A stretch of DNA of 20,000 nt from the IMG/VR virus record IMGVR_UViG_3300025316_000017; one strand, given 5' to 3'. The notes beneath the pieces are model-generated. The model was not told where the DNA came from and did no database searches. It was given only the letters and a program-made list of their open reading frames with translations. Shown in pieces: positions 7,727 through 16,187 of this stretch. The position numbers and the translations under genes were made by a program. Position 1 is the first letter of the stretch. The number at the start of each line of letters is the position of its first letter. Source of the stretch: an uncultured virus (IMG/VR IMGVR_UViG_3300025316_000017) (lineage: Duplodnaviria; Heunggongvirae; Uroviricota; Caudoviricetes).

Positions 7727-8155
7727 ATGCCAACTAAGTATGCAAGTGGCAAACACAGTATTGCGGAATGTGATAGATGTGGTCAAAGATATAAGCTGCA
7801 TGAATTAAAAAAGCTAACCATCAAGACCAAGTTGGTAAGTATTAAGGTTTGCCCTGAGTGTTGGGATCCAGATCATCCCCAGTTAAGACTGGGTATGTAT
7901 CCAGTGAATGATCCACAGGCTGTTATTGAACCAAGACCAGATATTAGTTACTATGCTTCTGGTCCAAGTGGTTTGCAGATTAATCAGGGAGGCGGTACTT
8001 CCCAAAGCCAAGCTGGTTTTCCAGAGGGCGGTAGTAGGGTAATTCAGTGGGGATGGTATCCAGTGGGTGGATCTAGCGGTACGGATAGAGGTTTAACACC
8101 AAACTATCTAGTAGGAAATGGCAATATTAATTCAGTAACAATTACGACAACGTAG
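7727..8155 (+). CDS. Zn-ribbon (CxxC-x23-CxxC) hypothetical protein
   Basis: 142 aa with CDRC (aa 15-18) and CPEC (aa 42-45), followed by WDPDHPQL. Confidence 0.75.
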   Translation: MPTKYASGKHSIAECDRCGQRYKLHELKKLTIKTKLVSIKVCPECWDPDHPQLRLGMYPVNDPQAVIEPRPDISYYASGPSGLQINQGGGTSQSQAGFPEGGSRVIQWGWYPVGGSSGTDRGLTPNYLVGNGNINSVTITTT

Positions 8156-8164
8156 GAGTAAAAA

Positions 8165-8437
8165 ATGGCAAAGATGGAAAAAGAATCAAAAGCAGAAATG
8201 CGCAAAGAAGAAAAAGCTGACAAAAAGCAAGATGTAGCTATGATCAAAAAAGCTTTTAAAGAACACGATGCCCAAGAACACAAAGGTGGCAAAGGCACAA
8301 AAATTGTTCTTAAAAAAGGCGGAATGGACAATGTTAAAAAAATGGCTAAGGGTGGTGTAACCCAGTCTAACCTACGCAGCATGGGTCGTAATATGGCTCG
8401 TGTAGCTAATCAGAAGTCTTCTTCAAGAGGTCGTTAA
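8165..8437 (+). CDS. Highly charged small protein with LKKGG and MAKGG motifs
   Basis: 90 aa, SD AGGAG, K/E-rich N-terminus, ends SSSRGR. Confidence 0.8.
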   Translation: MAKMEKESKAEMRKEEKADKKQDVAMIKKAFKEHDAQEHKGGKGTKIVLKKGGMDNVKKMAKGGVTQSNLRSMGRNMARVANQKSSSRGR

Positions 8438-8438
8438 T

Positions 8439-8753
8439 ATGGCAATCGCAAAGAATGTAAAACCAACCAAGAAAAATAGCCCCGCTATTAAGACTGGTAA
8501 GGCTCCTTATGACAAACCTGCAAGTGATTATGCTCGTCCACATACTATGGATGGCAAAATAATTAATGGCAATGAAGTTATGGAAATGGGCGATTTTGCA
8601 ACTGAAAAGTCTGCCAAAGAAGCTAACATTAAAGATCCATTGCCAGCAAGCGCTGTAGGATGGGGTAAAGGCACAACGAAGGAAGATGGTCAAGAAACTC
8701 GTGGAAATGGCGCTGCTACTAAGGGTCGTATTGCTCGTGGACCAATGGCGTAA
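8439..8753 (+). CDS. Small basic hypothetical protein with C-terminal RGNGAATKG motif
   Basis: 104 aa, starts 1 nt after the upstream stop. Confidence 0.75.
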   Translation: MAIAKNVKPTKKNSPAIKTGKAPYDKPASDYARPHTMDGKIINGNEVMEMGDFATEKSAKEANIKDPLPASAVGWGKGTTKEDGQETRGNGAATKGRIARGPMA

Positions 8754-8756
8754 TAA

Positions 8757-9686
8757 ATGAACTACGAAACGTTATATAACAATATTCAGACTTACGCTCA
8801 AACGACTGAAACAGCGTTTGTAGCTAATATCCCGTTCTTTGTAGAACAGGCTGAAACACGTATATATAACGCAGTTCAAATACCATCATTGCGCAAAAAC
8901 GTAACAGGTAATTTTACGGCTGGAAACCAGTATTTAACTTTGCCGTTTGACTGGTTGGCAACCTATTCAATTGCTGTTATTGATAGCAGCGGTAACTACA
9001 CCTATTTACTTAACAAAGATGTTAACTTTATTCGTGAAGCATACCCCAACAATGGTTCAACATATTGGACTATGCCTAAGTATTACGGTATTTTTGGCAG
9101 CTCTACCAATAATGTTAATGAATTAACTGTAATTGTTGGACCAACTCCAGATTCATCGTATAGCACCGAGTTACATTATTTTTACTATCCAGTATCTATT
9201 GTTCAAGGCGTAGTAGCTACTTTAAATGCTACTTTTGCAGCTGGCACTTTATATAGCGCAAGTTTATATCAAAATATTCCTATGACTGGCGGCTCTGGTT
9301 CGGGCGCTACTTGCGATATAGTAGTTAATAGCTCAGGCAATGTGTCATCCGTGACATTACAAAATGGCGGCAGCTTCTATCAAGTCGGTGATGTTTTAAG
9401 CGTTGCTTCATCTTCTATTGGCGGTACAGGCTCAGGGTTTACCATTAGTATAGCTACTGTAAACAACGCACAAGGTCAAAGCTGGCTTGGCGATAACTAT
9501 GATCCAGTACTATTTTATGGTGCTATGCGTGAAGCTATGCTATTCCAAAAACAGGAACAGGACATTATTAAATATTACGAAGATAAGTTCCAAGAAGCGC
9601 TTGGTGAAATGAAACGTCTTGGTGATGGTCTGGAGCGTGGTGATGCATATCGTGATGGTCAAACCAAGCTAAAGGTTAATACATAA
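8757..9686 (+). CDS. Second adaptor/tail-tubular-like protein with an inserted Gly/Ser-rich beta module
   Basis: 309 aa: MNYETL...FVEQAETRIYN, PKYYG, VGPTPDSSY..ELHYFYYP, SWLGDNYDPVLFYG. Insert with TGGSGSGAT...NGGSFYQVGDVL at about 9204-9470. Confidence 0.65.
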   Translation: MNYETLYNNIQTYAQTTETAFVANIPFFVEQAETRIYNAVQIPSLRKNVTGNFTAGNQYLTLPFDWLATYSIAVIDSSGNYTYLLNKDVNFIREAYPNNGSTYWTMPKYYGIFGSSTNNVNELTVIVGPTPDSSYSTELHYFYYPVSIVQGVVATLNATFAAGTLYSASLYQNIPMTGGSGSGATCDIVVNSSGNVSSVTLQNGGSFYQVGDVLSVASSSIGGTGSGFTISIATVNNAQGQSWLGDNYDPVLFYGAMREAMLFQKQEQDIIKYYEDKFQEALGEMKRLGDGLERGDAYRDGQTKLKVNT

Positions 9687-10114
9687 TGGCAATCGTTCAG
9701 ACTCAAACAACGCTATTTAAAGCCAATATTTTGTCTGGTTTGGAAAACTTCACTTCGACTTCTCCATATACCTACAAAATTGCTTTGTATAACGGTAATG
9801 CAAACCTTGATAATACAACTACAGCTTATACAAATACGAACGAAATTACTGGAGCTGGCTATACTGCTGGCGGTCAAATTTTAACTATATCAAATCCACC
9901 AACCCAAGATACGATTAATAACATAGCTTATATTTCGTTTAACAACGTAACATGGTCTGGGGGTATTTCCGCAAATGGAGCGCTAGTTTATAATAGCACC
10001 ACAGGAGCGGCTTGTTTTATATTGAATTTTGGTAGCACGATTACCAGCTCAAGCACGTTTACCGTTACGTTCCCAACGGCAACATCAACAACAGCAGTAC
10101 TGACAATTAGTTAA
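9686..10114 (+). CDS. Virion/tail-associated structural protein
   Basis: 142 aa. KIALY...Y..TNEITGAGYTAGG..L motif recalls phage minor tail proteins. TAATG-coupled. Confidence 0.6.
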   Translation: MAIVQTQTTLFKANILSGLENFTSTSPYTYKIALYNGNANLDNTTTAYTNTNEITGAGYTAGGQILTISNPPTQDTINNIAYISFNNVTWSGGISANGALVYNSTTGAACFILNFGSTITSSSTFTVTFPTATSTTAVLTIS

Positions 10115-10124
10115 GGAGTTTTAC

Positions 10125-10751
10125 ATGGAAAAAGCAAAATTTGGAGACATCAGTACCGCTGCGGTAATTCGTAATGCTGCGTCTGATAACTCCGTTGGTT
10201 TCGAGGGCTACTACGATGTTGTTTGCTACGATGCAAATGGCAATATTAAATGGGAAGACAGAGCGCCTAACTTGGTGACTGCTGTTGGAAAAAATGCTTT
10301 ATTTGATTATTATTTTGGCTCAACTGGTACTGGTGGCGGCACTTCTTCTGGCGCTAACTATCTTGGATTAGTAGGAAGCGCATCTGCTACTGCTAACTAT
10401 TTTCCATCAGATACAATGACATCTCATGCTGGTTGGCAAGAAGTTGGAGGTTCAAATGCTCCTGCATATACAGGTAACCGTCAATCACCAAACTGGACAG
10501 CCGCTTCTAACAATGGATCTGCTGCTGGCAACAACATTAGCTCAAAAGCTGCATCGGCTTTGACATTTACATTTACTAGCGGTGGAACTGTATTTGGTTG
10601 CTTCATTAACTCTGGTGCAAGCGCATCAGCTACTAAGGATACTGGTACTACTGGTGTTTTATATAGCGGCGGTAGCTTTACTGGAGGCAGCAAAATTGTA
10701 GCAAGTGGTGACTCTTTAGCAGTTACATATACAACTACCGCAACGTCTTAA
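10125..10751 (+). CDS. Virion/tail-associated structural protein
   Basis: 208 aa, SD AAGGAG. Motifs NLVTAVGKN, YLGL, WQE..Y.GNR and GDSLAVTY. Confidence 0.6.
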   Translation: MEKAKFGDISTAAVIRNAASDNSVGFEGYYDVVCYDANGNIKWEDRAPNLVTAVGKNALFDYYFGSTGTGGGTSSGANYLGLVGSASATANYFPSDTMTSHAGWQEVGGSNAPAYTGNRQSPNWTAASNNGSAAGNNISSKAASALTFTFTSGGTVFGCFINSGASASATKDTGTTGVLYSGGSFTGGSKIVASGDSLAVTYTTTATS

Positions 10752-10765
10752 TTTAGGAGCCAATT

Positions 10766-12370
10766 ATGGCTTTAGTATTAGCTGATAGAGTACAGGAAAC
10801 AACAACCAGTACAGGAACTGCCTCGGTTTTATTATCTGGGGCAGTTAATGGTTATCAAACATTTACTGCTGGTGTTGGTAATGGCAATACTTGCTATTAC
10901 ACCATTTATGACAATACATCCTTTGCATGGGAAGTAGGCATTGGCACGTACACAACATCACCTAATACTTTAACCCGTAATACGATTTTATCTTCAAGCA
11001 ATAGCGGTTCAGCAATTAATCTTGCTGGCAATACTGCGGCGGTCTGGGTAGATTATCCATCAGGAAAATCTGTTTATAAAGATGCAAACGGAAATGTATC
11101 AGCAAACAGTTTTATTCCCGGATGGACTTCAAATACAACTGCATCGGCTACAACAACTTTAACCGTAATAAGCTCATATTACCAAAGATTTGTTGGTACA
11201 TTAACGCAAACCGTTATTCTTCCTGATGCCACTACAGTATCTTTAAGTCAAGGATTTATTATTGATAATGATTCAACGGGCAACGTAACGTTATTAGCAA
11301 GCGGTGGTGGTGCTTTGGGAGCGGTTGTACCGGGCATGGCAGCATTTATTTTTTGCGAAAACAATAGCACAGCGGCTGGTAGCTGGTCTGGTTATATGTT
11401 TGTGCCGGGCGCAGGACCGAGTGGAGCTGTAACTTGGGGTACGTCTGGTTTAAATATGGGCGGAGGAACTCTTAGTGGGGCTACATGGGCTGGCAGTACT
11501 GTTTCCATGACTTATGGCGGTACTGGAGCTTCTTTGTTGCCTACTGCTGGAGCATCAGTATATTCAACGGGTACAAACCTAGCCCTTACCGCCGCTGGTA
11601 CATCTGGTCAAGTATTGGTATCAGGTGGATCGGGATCTCCAACATGGAATACTACATTAACTAGCATTTCTTTAGTAACTCCAGCGCTTGGTACTCCATC
11701 CTCTGGTGTGTTAACTAATACCACTGGATATCCAGCAAGTACATTATCGGGATCAACGTTAGCTTCTAACGTAATTGCATCTAGTTTAACTTCAGTAGGA
11801 ACACTTTCTACTTTAGCGGTAACAGCAATTATTTCTGGTTCAATTACAGGCAGTGCAGCTAGTGTCGCTGGTGGTTATGTATCTTCTAATGTAGCTGGAA
11901 CAGGTGTTTCTGTATCTGGTGCTACAGGAGCTGTAACAATTAGTATTGGTCAAGCAGTAGGAACTTCAGCGAATGTCCAATTTGGTTCTTTTGGTGTTGG
12001 CACTGCCGCATCAGGAACAACTGGCGAAATTCGAGCAACTAATAACGTTACCGCATACTACTCATCAGACCGAAATTTAAAAGAAAATATCAAACCTATT
12101 GATGCTGCATTACAAAAAGTAGAATACATTGGTGGTAAAACATTTAGTTGGACACAGGACTATATTACTGCTCACGGCGGGGAAGATGAGTATTTCTTGC
12201 AAAAAAATGATTTTGGTGTAATAGCTCAAGATGTTCAATCAGTATTTCCAATGGCTGTTAAAACCCGTACAGATGGTACTTTGGCAGTAGATTATGCAAA
12301 ATTAGTAGCACTGGCATTTCAAGCTATTGCAGAATTAAAGGCGGAAGTAGACGCACTAAAGGGTAAATGA
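10766..12370 (+). CDS. Tail fibre with C-terminal intramolecular chaperone (peptidase S74)
   Basis: 534 aa. MALVLADRVQETT anchor, G/S/T-rich shaft, YYSSDRNLKENI autocleavage motif (S at 12065), GVIAQDV, VDYAKLV and a terminal coiled coil. Confidence 0.88.
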   Translation: MALVLADRVQETTTSTGTASVLLSGAVNGYQTFTAGVGNGNTCYYTIYDNTSFAWEVGIGTYTTSPNTLTRNTILSSSNSGSAINLAGNTAAVWVDYPSGKSVYKDANGNVSANSFIPGWTSNTTASATTTLTVISSYYQRFVGTLTQTVILPDATTVSLSQGFIIDNDSTGNVTLLASGGGALGAVVPGMAAFIFCENNSTAAGSWSGYMFVPGAGPSGAVTWGTSGLNMGGGTLSGATWAGSTVSMTYGGTGASLLPTAGASVYSTGTNLALTAAGTSGQVLVSGGSGSPTWNTTLTSISLVTPALGTPSSGVLTNTTGYPASTLSGSTLASNVIASSLTSVGTLSTLAVTAIISGSITGSAASVAGGYVSSNVAGTGVSVSGATGAVTISIGQAVGTSANVQFGSFGVGTAASGTTGEIRATNNVTAYYSSDRNLKENIKPIDAALQKVEYIGGKTFSWTQDYITAHGGEDEYFLQKNDFGVIAQDVQSVFPMAVKTRTDGTLAVDYAKLVALAFQAIAELKAEVDALKGK

Positions 12371-13044
12371 TGTTTGGTTTAAACCCATTTGCCGCCGCTC
12401 CGTTTAATGCTTTTGTTTCCAATATCTATGGTAAAAGCATTACAGAAGCTATTTCTTCGGATGCAGACAGTGAATCGGTAATTGCCACATTTAATAGCGC
12501 TATTACTGAAGCTATAGCCAATTTTGTTGATTCCACAATTGTACAACCAATATATGCTGTACAAATAACTGAACCAATTAATAGTTTTGCAGACTCTTAC
12601 CCAACGCCAATACAAACATTTGCAGTTGTTGTAAATGAACAAATTACAACAGAGTCGGATACAGAAACAAGCGTTCTTGTATTTGTTGTAAGTATTAATG
12701 AAAATATTAGCGCTGATGCAGATATAGAATCTGTTATTGCAAATTTTAATACAGTTATTACTGAAAACTTTACTGCCGCAGATGCACCAACTGCCATTAA
12801 AATTTTTAACACTGTTATTACTGAAAACATTACCGCAGCAGAAAAAGAAACTGTAGTAGCTGCATTTATTAGCGCAGTAACAGAAAACTTTAGCCCAGCA
12901 GATGCTCCATCAGTTATTGCTACATTTAGATCAGCTATTAGCGAAAATACAACACTTTCAGATGGAAAAACTACTATTTCTGATTGGATTAAAATTATTG
13001 ATTCGCAAACACCAAATTGGGTTGTAATTAACAACTCACAATAA
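12367..13044 (+). CDS. Repeat-rich acidic virion protein (nine 20-22-aa repeats)
   Basis: 225 aa. (I/V)-(T/N/S)-E at aa 25, 46, 67, 89, 110, 131, 151, 171 and 191. N-terminus MFGLNPFAAAPF; ATGA overlap. Confidence 0.7.
   Translation: MMFGLNPFAAAPFNAFVSNIYGKSITEAISSDADSESVIATFNSAITEAIANFVDSTIVQPIYAVQITEPINSFADSYPTPIQTFAVVVNEQITTESDTETSVLVFVVSINENISADADIESVIANFNTVITENFTAADAPTAIKIFNTVITENITAAEKETVVAAFISAVTENFSPADAPSVIATFRSAISENTTLSDGKTTISDWIKIIDSQTPNWVVINNSQ
12745..12842 (+). repeat. 60-bp-period coding repeat
   Basis: GTTATTACTGAAAAC at 12754-12768 and 12814-12828 with similar flanks, encoding FNTVITEN twice. Confidence 0.7.
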
Positions 13045-13052
13045 GGATTAAC

Positions 13053-13793
13053 ATGACAACGACATATTCACCATCGCTTAAATTAGCCCTTATTGGTACT
13101 GGAGATCAGTCTGGTACATGGGGTCAAACAACCAATACCAATTTGGGTACTTTGCTTGAACAAGCGATTACTGGCGTTACTGCTATTTCACTATCTGGTA
13201 TAAGCTCTTATACGCTAACAAACTACAATGGCACGTCTGATGATGCCCGTAATGCTGTTCTTATTTTTAGCGGAACCCCAAGCGCTAACCCAACCATTAC
13301 AGCTCCAGCACAAAATAAAGTATATGTGGTAGTTAATAACACCACAGCACCACTAACAATGGTCGCTTCTGGTGGCGTTACTTCATTGGTTATCCCAGCG
13401 CTATCAACTGGTCAAGCATATTGCGATGCATCAAATGTTAGCGGGAATGGTATTGGGTTTTATTCTGCTCAAACTACTGCTGCTGGAAATTGGAATGTAG
13501 GCGGAAATTTAGCGGTTACAGGAACAAGCTCATTTACTGGTTCAGCAATTATGAGTACCTTAACAGCTACAGCAATTAGCTCTACGTTTTATGGCGCTGG
13601 CACAGGCTTGACAGGAACCGCCGCAAGCCTTACAGTGGGCGTATCTCAAAGTATAGCCAATGCTGGTGGTTGGAATATAACTCCAAATGGCAATAAGTTA
13701 TACTTTAATTATAATGGAACCAATGTAGCTTCATTGGATTCTTCTGGTAACTTTATTACGCTTGGCAATAATGTTGCTGGCGGCACACCTTAA
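13053..13793 (+). CDS. Tail fibre-like protein (proximal/anchor part)
   Basis: 246 aa. N-terminus TYSPSLKLALIGTGDQSGTWGQTTNTNL and GGNLAVTGTSSFTG fibre-type segments. Confidence 0.7.
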   Translation: MTTTYSPSLKLALIGTGDQSGTWGQTTNTNLGTLLEQAITGVTAISLSGISSYTLTNYNGTSDDARNAVLIFSGTPSANPTITAPAQNKVYVVVNNTTAPLTMVASGGVTSLVIPALSTGQAYCDASNVSGNGIGFYSAQTTAAGNWNVGGNLAVTGTSSFTGSAIMSTLTATAISSTFYGAGTGLTGTAASLTVGVSQSIANAGGWNITPNGNKLYFNYNGTNVASLDSSGNFITLGNNVAGGTP

Positions 13794-13809
13794 TTTTAGG
13801 AGTTAATTT

Positions 13810-14262
13810 ATGTCAACATCAATCGGCAGTGCAGGGATAACATTCCCTGATGCTACTACACAAGCTAGTGCTGGTTTAGCAGCTGGTGGCACTATTGCTA
13901 CTGGTACAGTAACTACTTTAACAACTACCACTATTTCAGACGGCACTAATAGCACTTCTTCTACTAACTGTATTAGGGGTTCTGCAAAAGCTTGGGTAAA
14001 CTTTGCGGCATCTAACCCTTGTACTATTTATGCTTCATATAATGTTAGTTCAGTTACTTATGTTTCTACAGGACAATATACAGTTAATTTTACTAATGCT
14101 TTTGTAGATGCAAATTATTCTATTTCTATGGGTTTAAGAACTGCTGGTGTTAGCACTTATTATACTGGTCAAGCACTTGACGGAAGTCAAACAACAACTT
14201 CTAGTCGCATTATGATTTTTGGAACAGACGCATCAGGTATGTATGCTTCTTATTTTAGATAA
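13810..14262 (+). CDS. Short tail fibre distal/tip protein
   Basis: 150 aa, SD AGGAG. GITFPDATTQ plus the AKAWVNF...SYNVSSVT...GQYTVNF...DANY module seen at fibre C-termini. Confidence 0.65.
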   Translation: MSTSIGSAGITFPDATTQASAGLAAGGTIATGTVTTLTTTTISDGTNSTSSTNCIRGSAKAWVNFAASNPCTIYASYNVSSVTYVSTGQYTVNFTNAFVDANYSISMGLRTAGVSTYYTGQALDGSQTTTSSRIMIFGTDASGMYASYFR

Positions 14263-14277
14263 TTAAAGGAAATAAAA

Positions 14278-14601
14278 ATGACACAATGTATCGTATTTGC
14301 AAATGACGCTGGTGGCGTTTCTGTAACAATCCCTTCTGGCGAAATTTCAATCGAAGCTGTATTAGCTAAAGACTGTCCTGCTGGCGCAATTATTGTTGAT
14401 GATTCTATTCTTCCACAAGGCGCAGATGCTCAATTCTTTGATGCTTGGGAACTTGCAGATGGCAAGGTAGTAGTTAATGAAGCTAAAAAACAAGCCATTA
14501 TTGATGCACAACAAGCACCAATTTTAGCTAAACAATCAGCACTAGCTAAACTAGCCGCATTAGGTTTAACCCAAGATGAAGTAACAGCATTAATAGGATA
14601 A
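14278..14601 (+). CDS. Probable tail fibre assembly/chaperone protein
   Basis: 107 aa directly after the fibre tip. GGVSVTIP...KDCP...IVDDS.LP...FFDAW, then a C-terminal helix SALAKLAALGLTQDEVTAL. Confidence 0.55.
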   Translation: MTQCIVFANDAGGVSVTIPSGEISIEAVLAKDCPAGAIIVDDSILPQGADAQFFDAWELADGKVVVNEAKKQAIIDAQQAPILAKQSALAKLAALGLTQDEVTALIG

Positions 14602-14611
14602 ATATCAAAAA

Positions 14612-15256
14612 GTGGAAATATTCAATCCAGTCTATCTTTTTGCTGCACCCGTTTATTTAATAGAAAAACCAGAATACTTAACTGCTGCTCGGCAAGTATC
14701 CAAAAGATTTATTGAAAAACGAAAAGAAGAAGTTGAGTTAAATCCAGCTTTTCCAGTGTATATGACGGAAAGCATTTACATTGACCCTGAAATATCAGGT
14801 CTTGCCAAGTTTATATCCCAAACAGCGTGGAGCATTCTAAGCGCCCAAGGATATGCAATGGACTATTTGCAAACTTACTATACCGAAATGTGGTGTCAGG
14901 AACACCATAGCGGTTCATTTGTAGAACGTCATATTCATAATAACGGCGCTATTTTAAGTGGTTTTTATTTTATGGATTGCCCAAAAGACTCCTGTAAAGT
15001 CATCGTATTTGATCCAAGAGATTCTAAAGTGATAACTAGCCTTCCAGAAAGAGATCCCAATATTGCCAGCCATGCCAGCAATTTGGTTAGTTTTGATCCC
15101 AAAGAAGGTCAATTAATGTTTACTAATTCTTGGCTACCCCATTCTTTTACCAAAAACCTTTCTAAAGGTCCTATGCGCTTTATTCACTTTAATATTGCCG
15201 TTGCGCCCTTTCAGCAAACCAATTCAATATGCCGACCCAGCGTAGAGGTGGTATGA
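14612..15256 (+). CDS. Putative 2OG-Fe(II) oxygenase (TIGR02466-like)
   Basis: 214 aa, GTG start. W...HIH...LSGFYF, FDPR, PKEGQLMFTNSWLPHS and RFIHFN give an HxH...H metal triad and a distal Arg. Confidence 0.82.
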   Translation: MEIFNPVYLFAAPVYLIEKPEYLTAARQVSKRFIEKRKEEVELNPAFPVYMTESIYIDPEISGLAKFISQTAWSILSAQGYAMDYLQTYYTEMWCQEHHSGSFVERHIHNNGAILSGFYFMDCPKDSCKVIVFDPRDSKVITSLPERDPNIASHASNLVSFDPKEGQLMFTNSWLPHSFTKNLSKGPMRFIHFNIAVAPFQQTNSICRPSVEVV

Positions 15257-15486
15257 ACAAATACCGCATCCGTTTTAATAAAAGTAGGGGTACGAACGGA
15301 AGGGGAACGTTCGACCATGTTTGGCGGGTATTTGAAGGAAATAAAGAATATTTGGTCAAAAACTTTCGTTTAAACGTTCCATCTTTTGCCGAAAAAGAGG
15401 ATAATAGCGAAGACTGGAATGTTTGCTGTTACGGTAACTTGACATTAGATCGAGTAACGTCAACAGCCATTATTAATGGAGACTAA
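15253..15486 (+). CDS. Hypothetical phage protein
   Basis: ATG 15253 in an ATGA overlap with SD GAGGTG is preferred over 15229; 77 aa, MNKYRIRFNKSRG...HVWRVFE. Confidence 0.7.
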   Translation: MNKYRIRFNKSRGTNGRGTFDHVWRVFEGNKEYLVKNFRLNVPSFAEKEDNSEDWNVCCYGNLTLDRVTSTAIINGD

Positions 15487-15488
15487 TT

Positions 15489-15677
15489 ATGAATTTCACA
15501 TTTACGTGGATTATGGACAAACTTGGCTATATGCCAAAGATTGACATGGAAATTGGTAAGGTTGTTGAACCTTGGTCTTTTCCTGCGCCCGCAGCAAAAA
15601 AGAAGCCTACTGTTCAAAAAGCTACCACTCGCATTAAAAAACCTGCCGTCAAAAAACCTAAGGCTAAAAAGGCATGA
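15489..15677 (+). CDS. Small protein with a Lys/Pro/Ala-rich (histone H1-like) tail
   Basis: 62 aa, SD GGAG. Ends PAPAAKKKPTVQKATTRIKKPAVKKPKAKKA. Confidence 0.65.
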   Translation: MNFTFTWIMDKLGYMPKIDMEIGKVVEPWSFPAPAAKKKPTVQKATTRIKKPAVKKPKAKKA

Positions 15678-15678
15678 T

Positions 15679-15966
15679 ATGGCAGAACAAAATGAAAAGG
15701 CAGTCTTTGTTGAAAAGATAGCCTTTGCTTTAATTCCTATTTTTGTACTTTCAATTGGTTGGTTAGTAAACCAAGTCAATGGCTTTGATGAGCGCATCAT
15801 TAAATTAGAAAGTCAAACCCATCAGCTTTTTTTACCTGACGGCAGGATTCGTTCATCGGATGAATCACGAGATGCTCGATATGCATTGCAGGAACATATT
15901 GCGGAAAAATTTGCAGATGTTAATGTTCGTTTAAAACTACTTGAAGAACGAGCAAAGGCTAAATAA
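15679..15966 (+). CDS. Single-TM coiled-coil protein, probable lysis accessory (holin/antiholin-like)
   Basis: ATG 15679 is preferred over 15523; 95 aa. TM segment IAFALIPIFVLSIGWLV. First gene of the lysis cluster. Confidence 0.6.
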   Translation: MAEQNEKAVFVEKIAFALIPIFVLSIGWLVNQVNGFDERIIKLESQTHQLFLPDGRIRSSDESRDARYALQEHIAEKFADVNVRLKLLEERAKAK

Positions 15967-16187
15967 TGAATTGGTTAATACATTTAGTAACAGGAAAAGA
16001 TAATGAAACCCATGATGTAGCTCGTTGGTCTTGGGTAACTACAACTGTAGCCACGATTATTGGCGCTGGTTGGAATGCTATGCATGGCGGAGCCATGAAT
16101 CTAATGGATTTTGCTCAAGCCATTGGAATTATCTCTGGCGCACATGGAGCAGCAGTTATGATGAAAAAAGACACGGAGCCACAGTAA
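15966..16187 (+). CDS. Putative holin (two TM segments)
   Basis: 73 aa with two hydrophobic segments and a charged C-terminus (KKDTEPQ), upstream of the spanins and endolysin. Confidence 0.6.
   Translation: MNWLIHLVTGKDNETHDVARWSWVTTTVATIIGAGWNAMHGGAMNLMDFAQAIGIISGAHGAAVMMKKDTEPQ

Noticed and set aside
10766..14262. Diversity-generating retroelement acting on the fibre tip
   Set aside because: No reverse transcriptase and no adenine-mismatched TR/VR repeat pair seen in the window.
2401..15800. Minus-strand ORFs in the track (2401, 5232, 5894, 5911, 6200, 6594, 6752, 8104, 8406, 10481, 12379, 12597, 15483)
   Set aside because: All are antisense shadows of well-coupled plus-strand genes and show no recognisable motifs.
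2065..16186. Upstream starts in the track at 2065, 5610, 15229, 15523 and 16025
   Set aside because: Downstream ATGs (2083, 5622, 15253, 15679, 16187) have an SD or abut/overlap the upstream stop, and avoid long gene overlaps.
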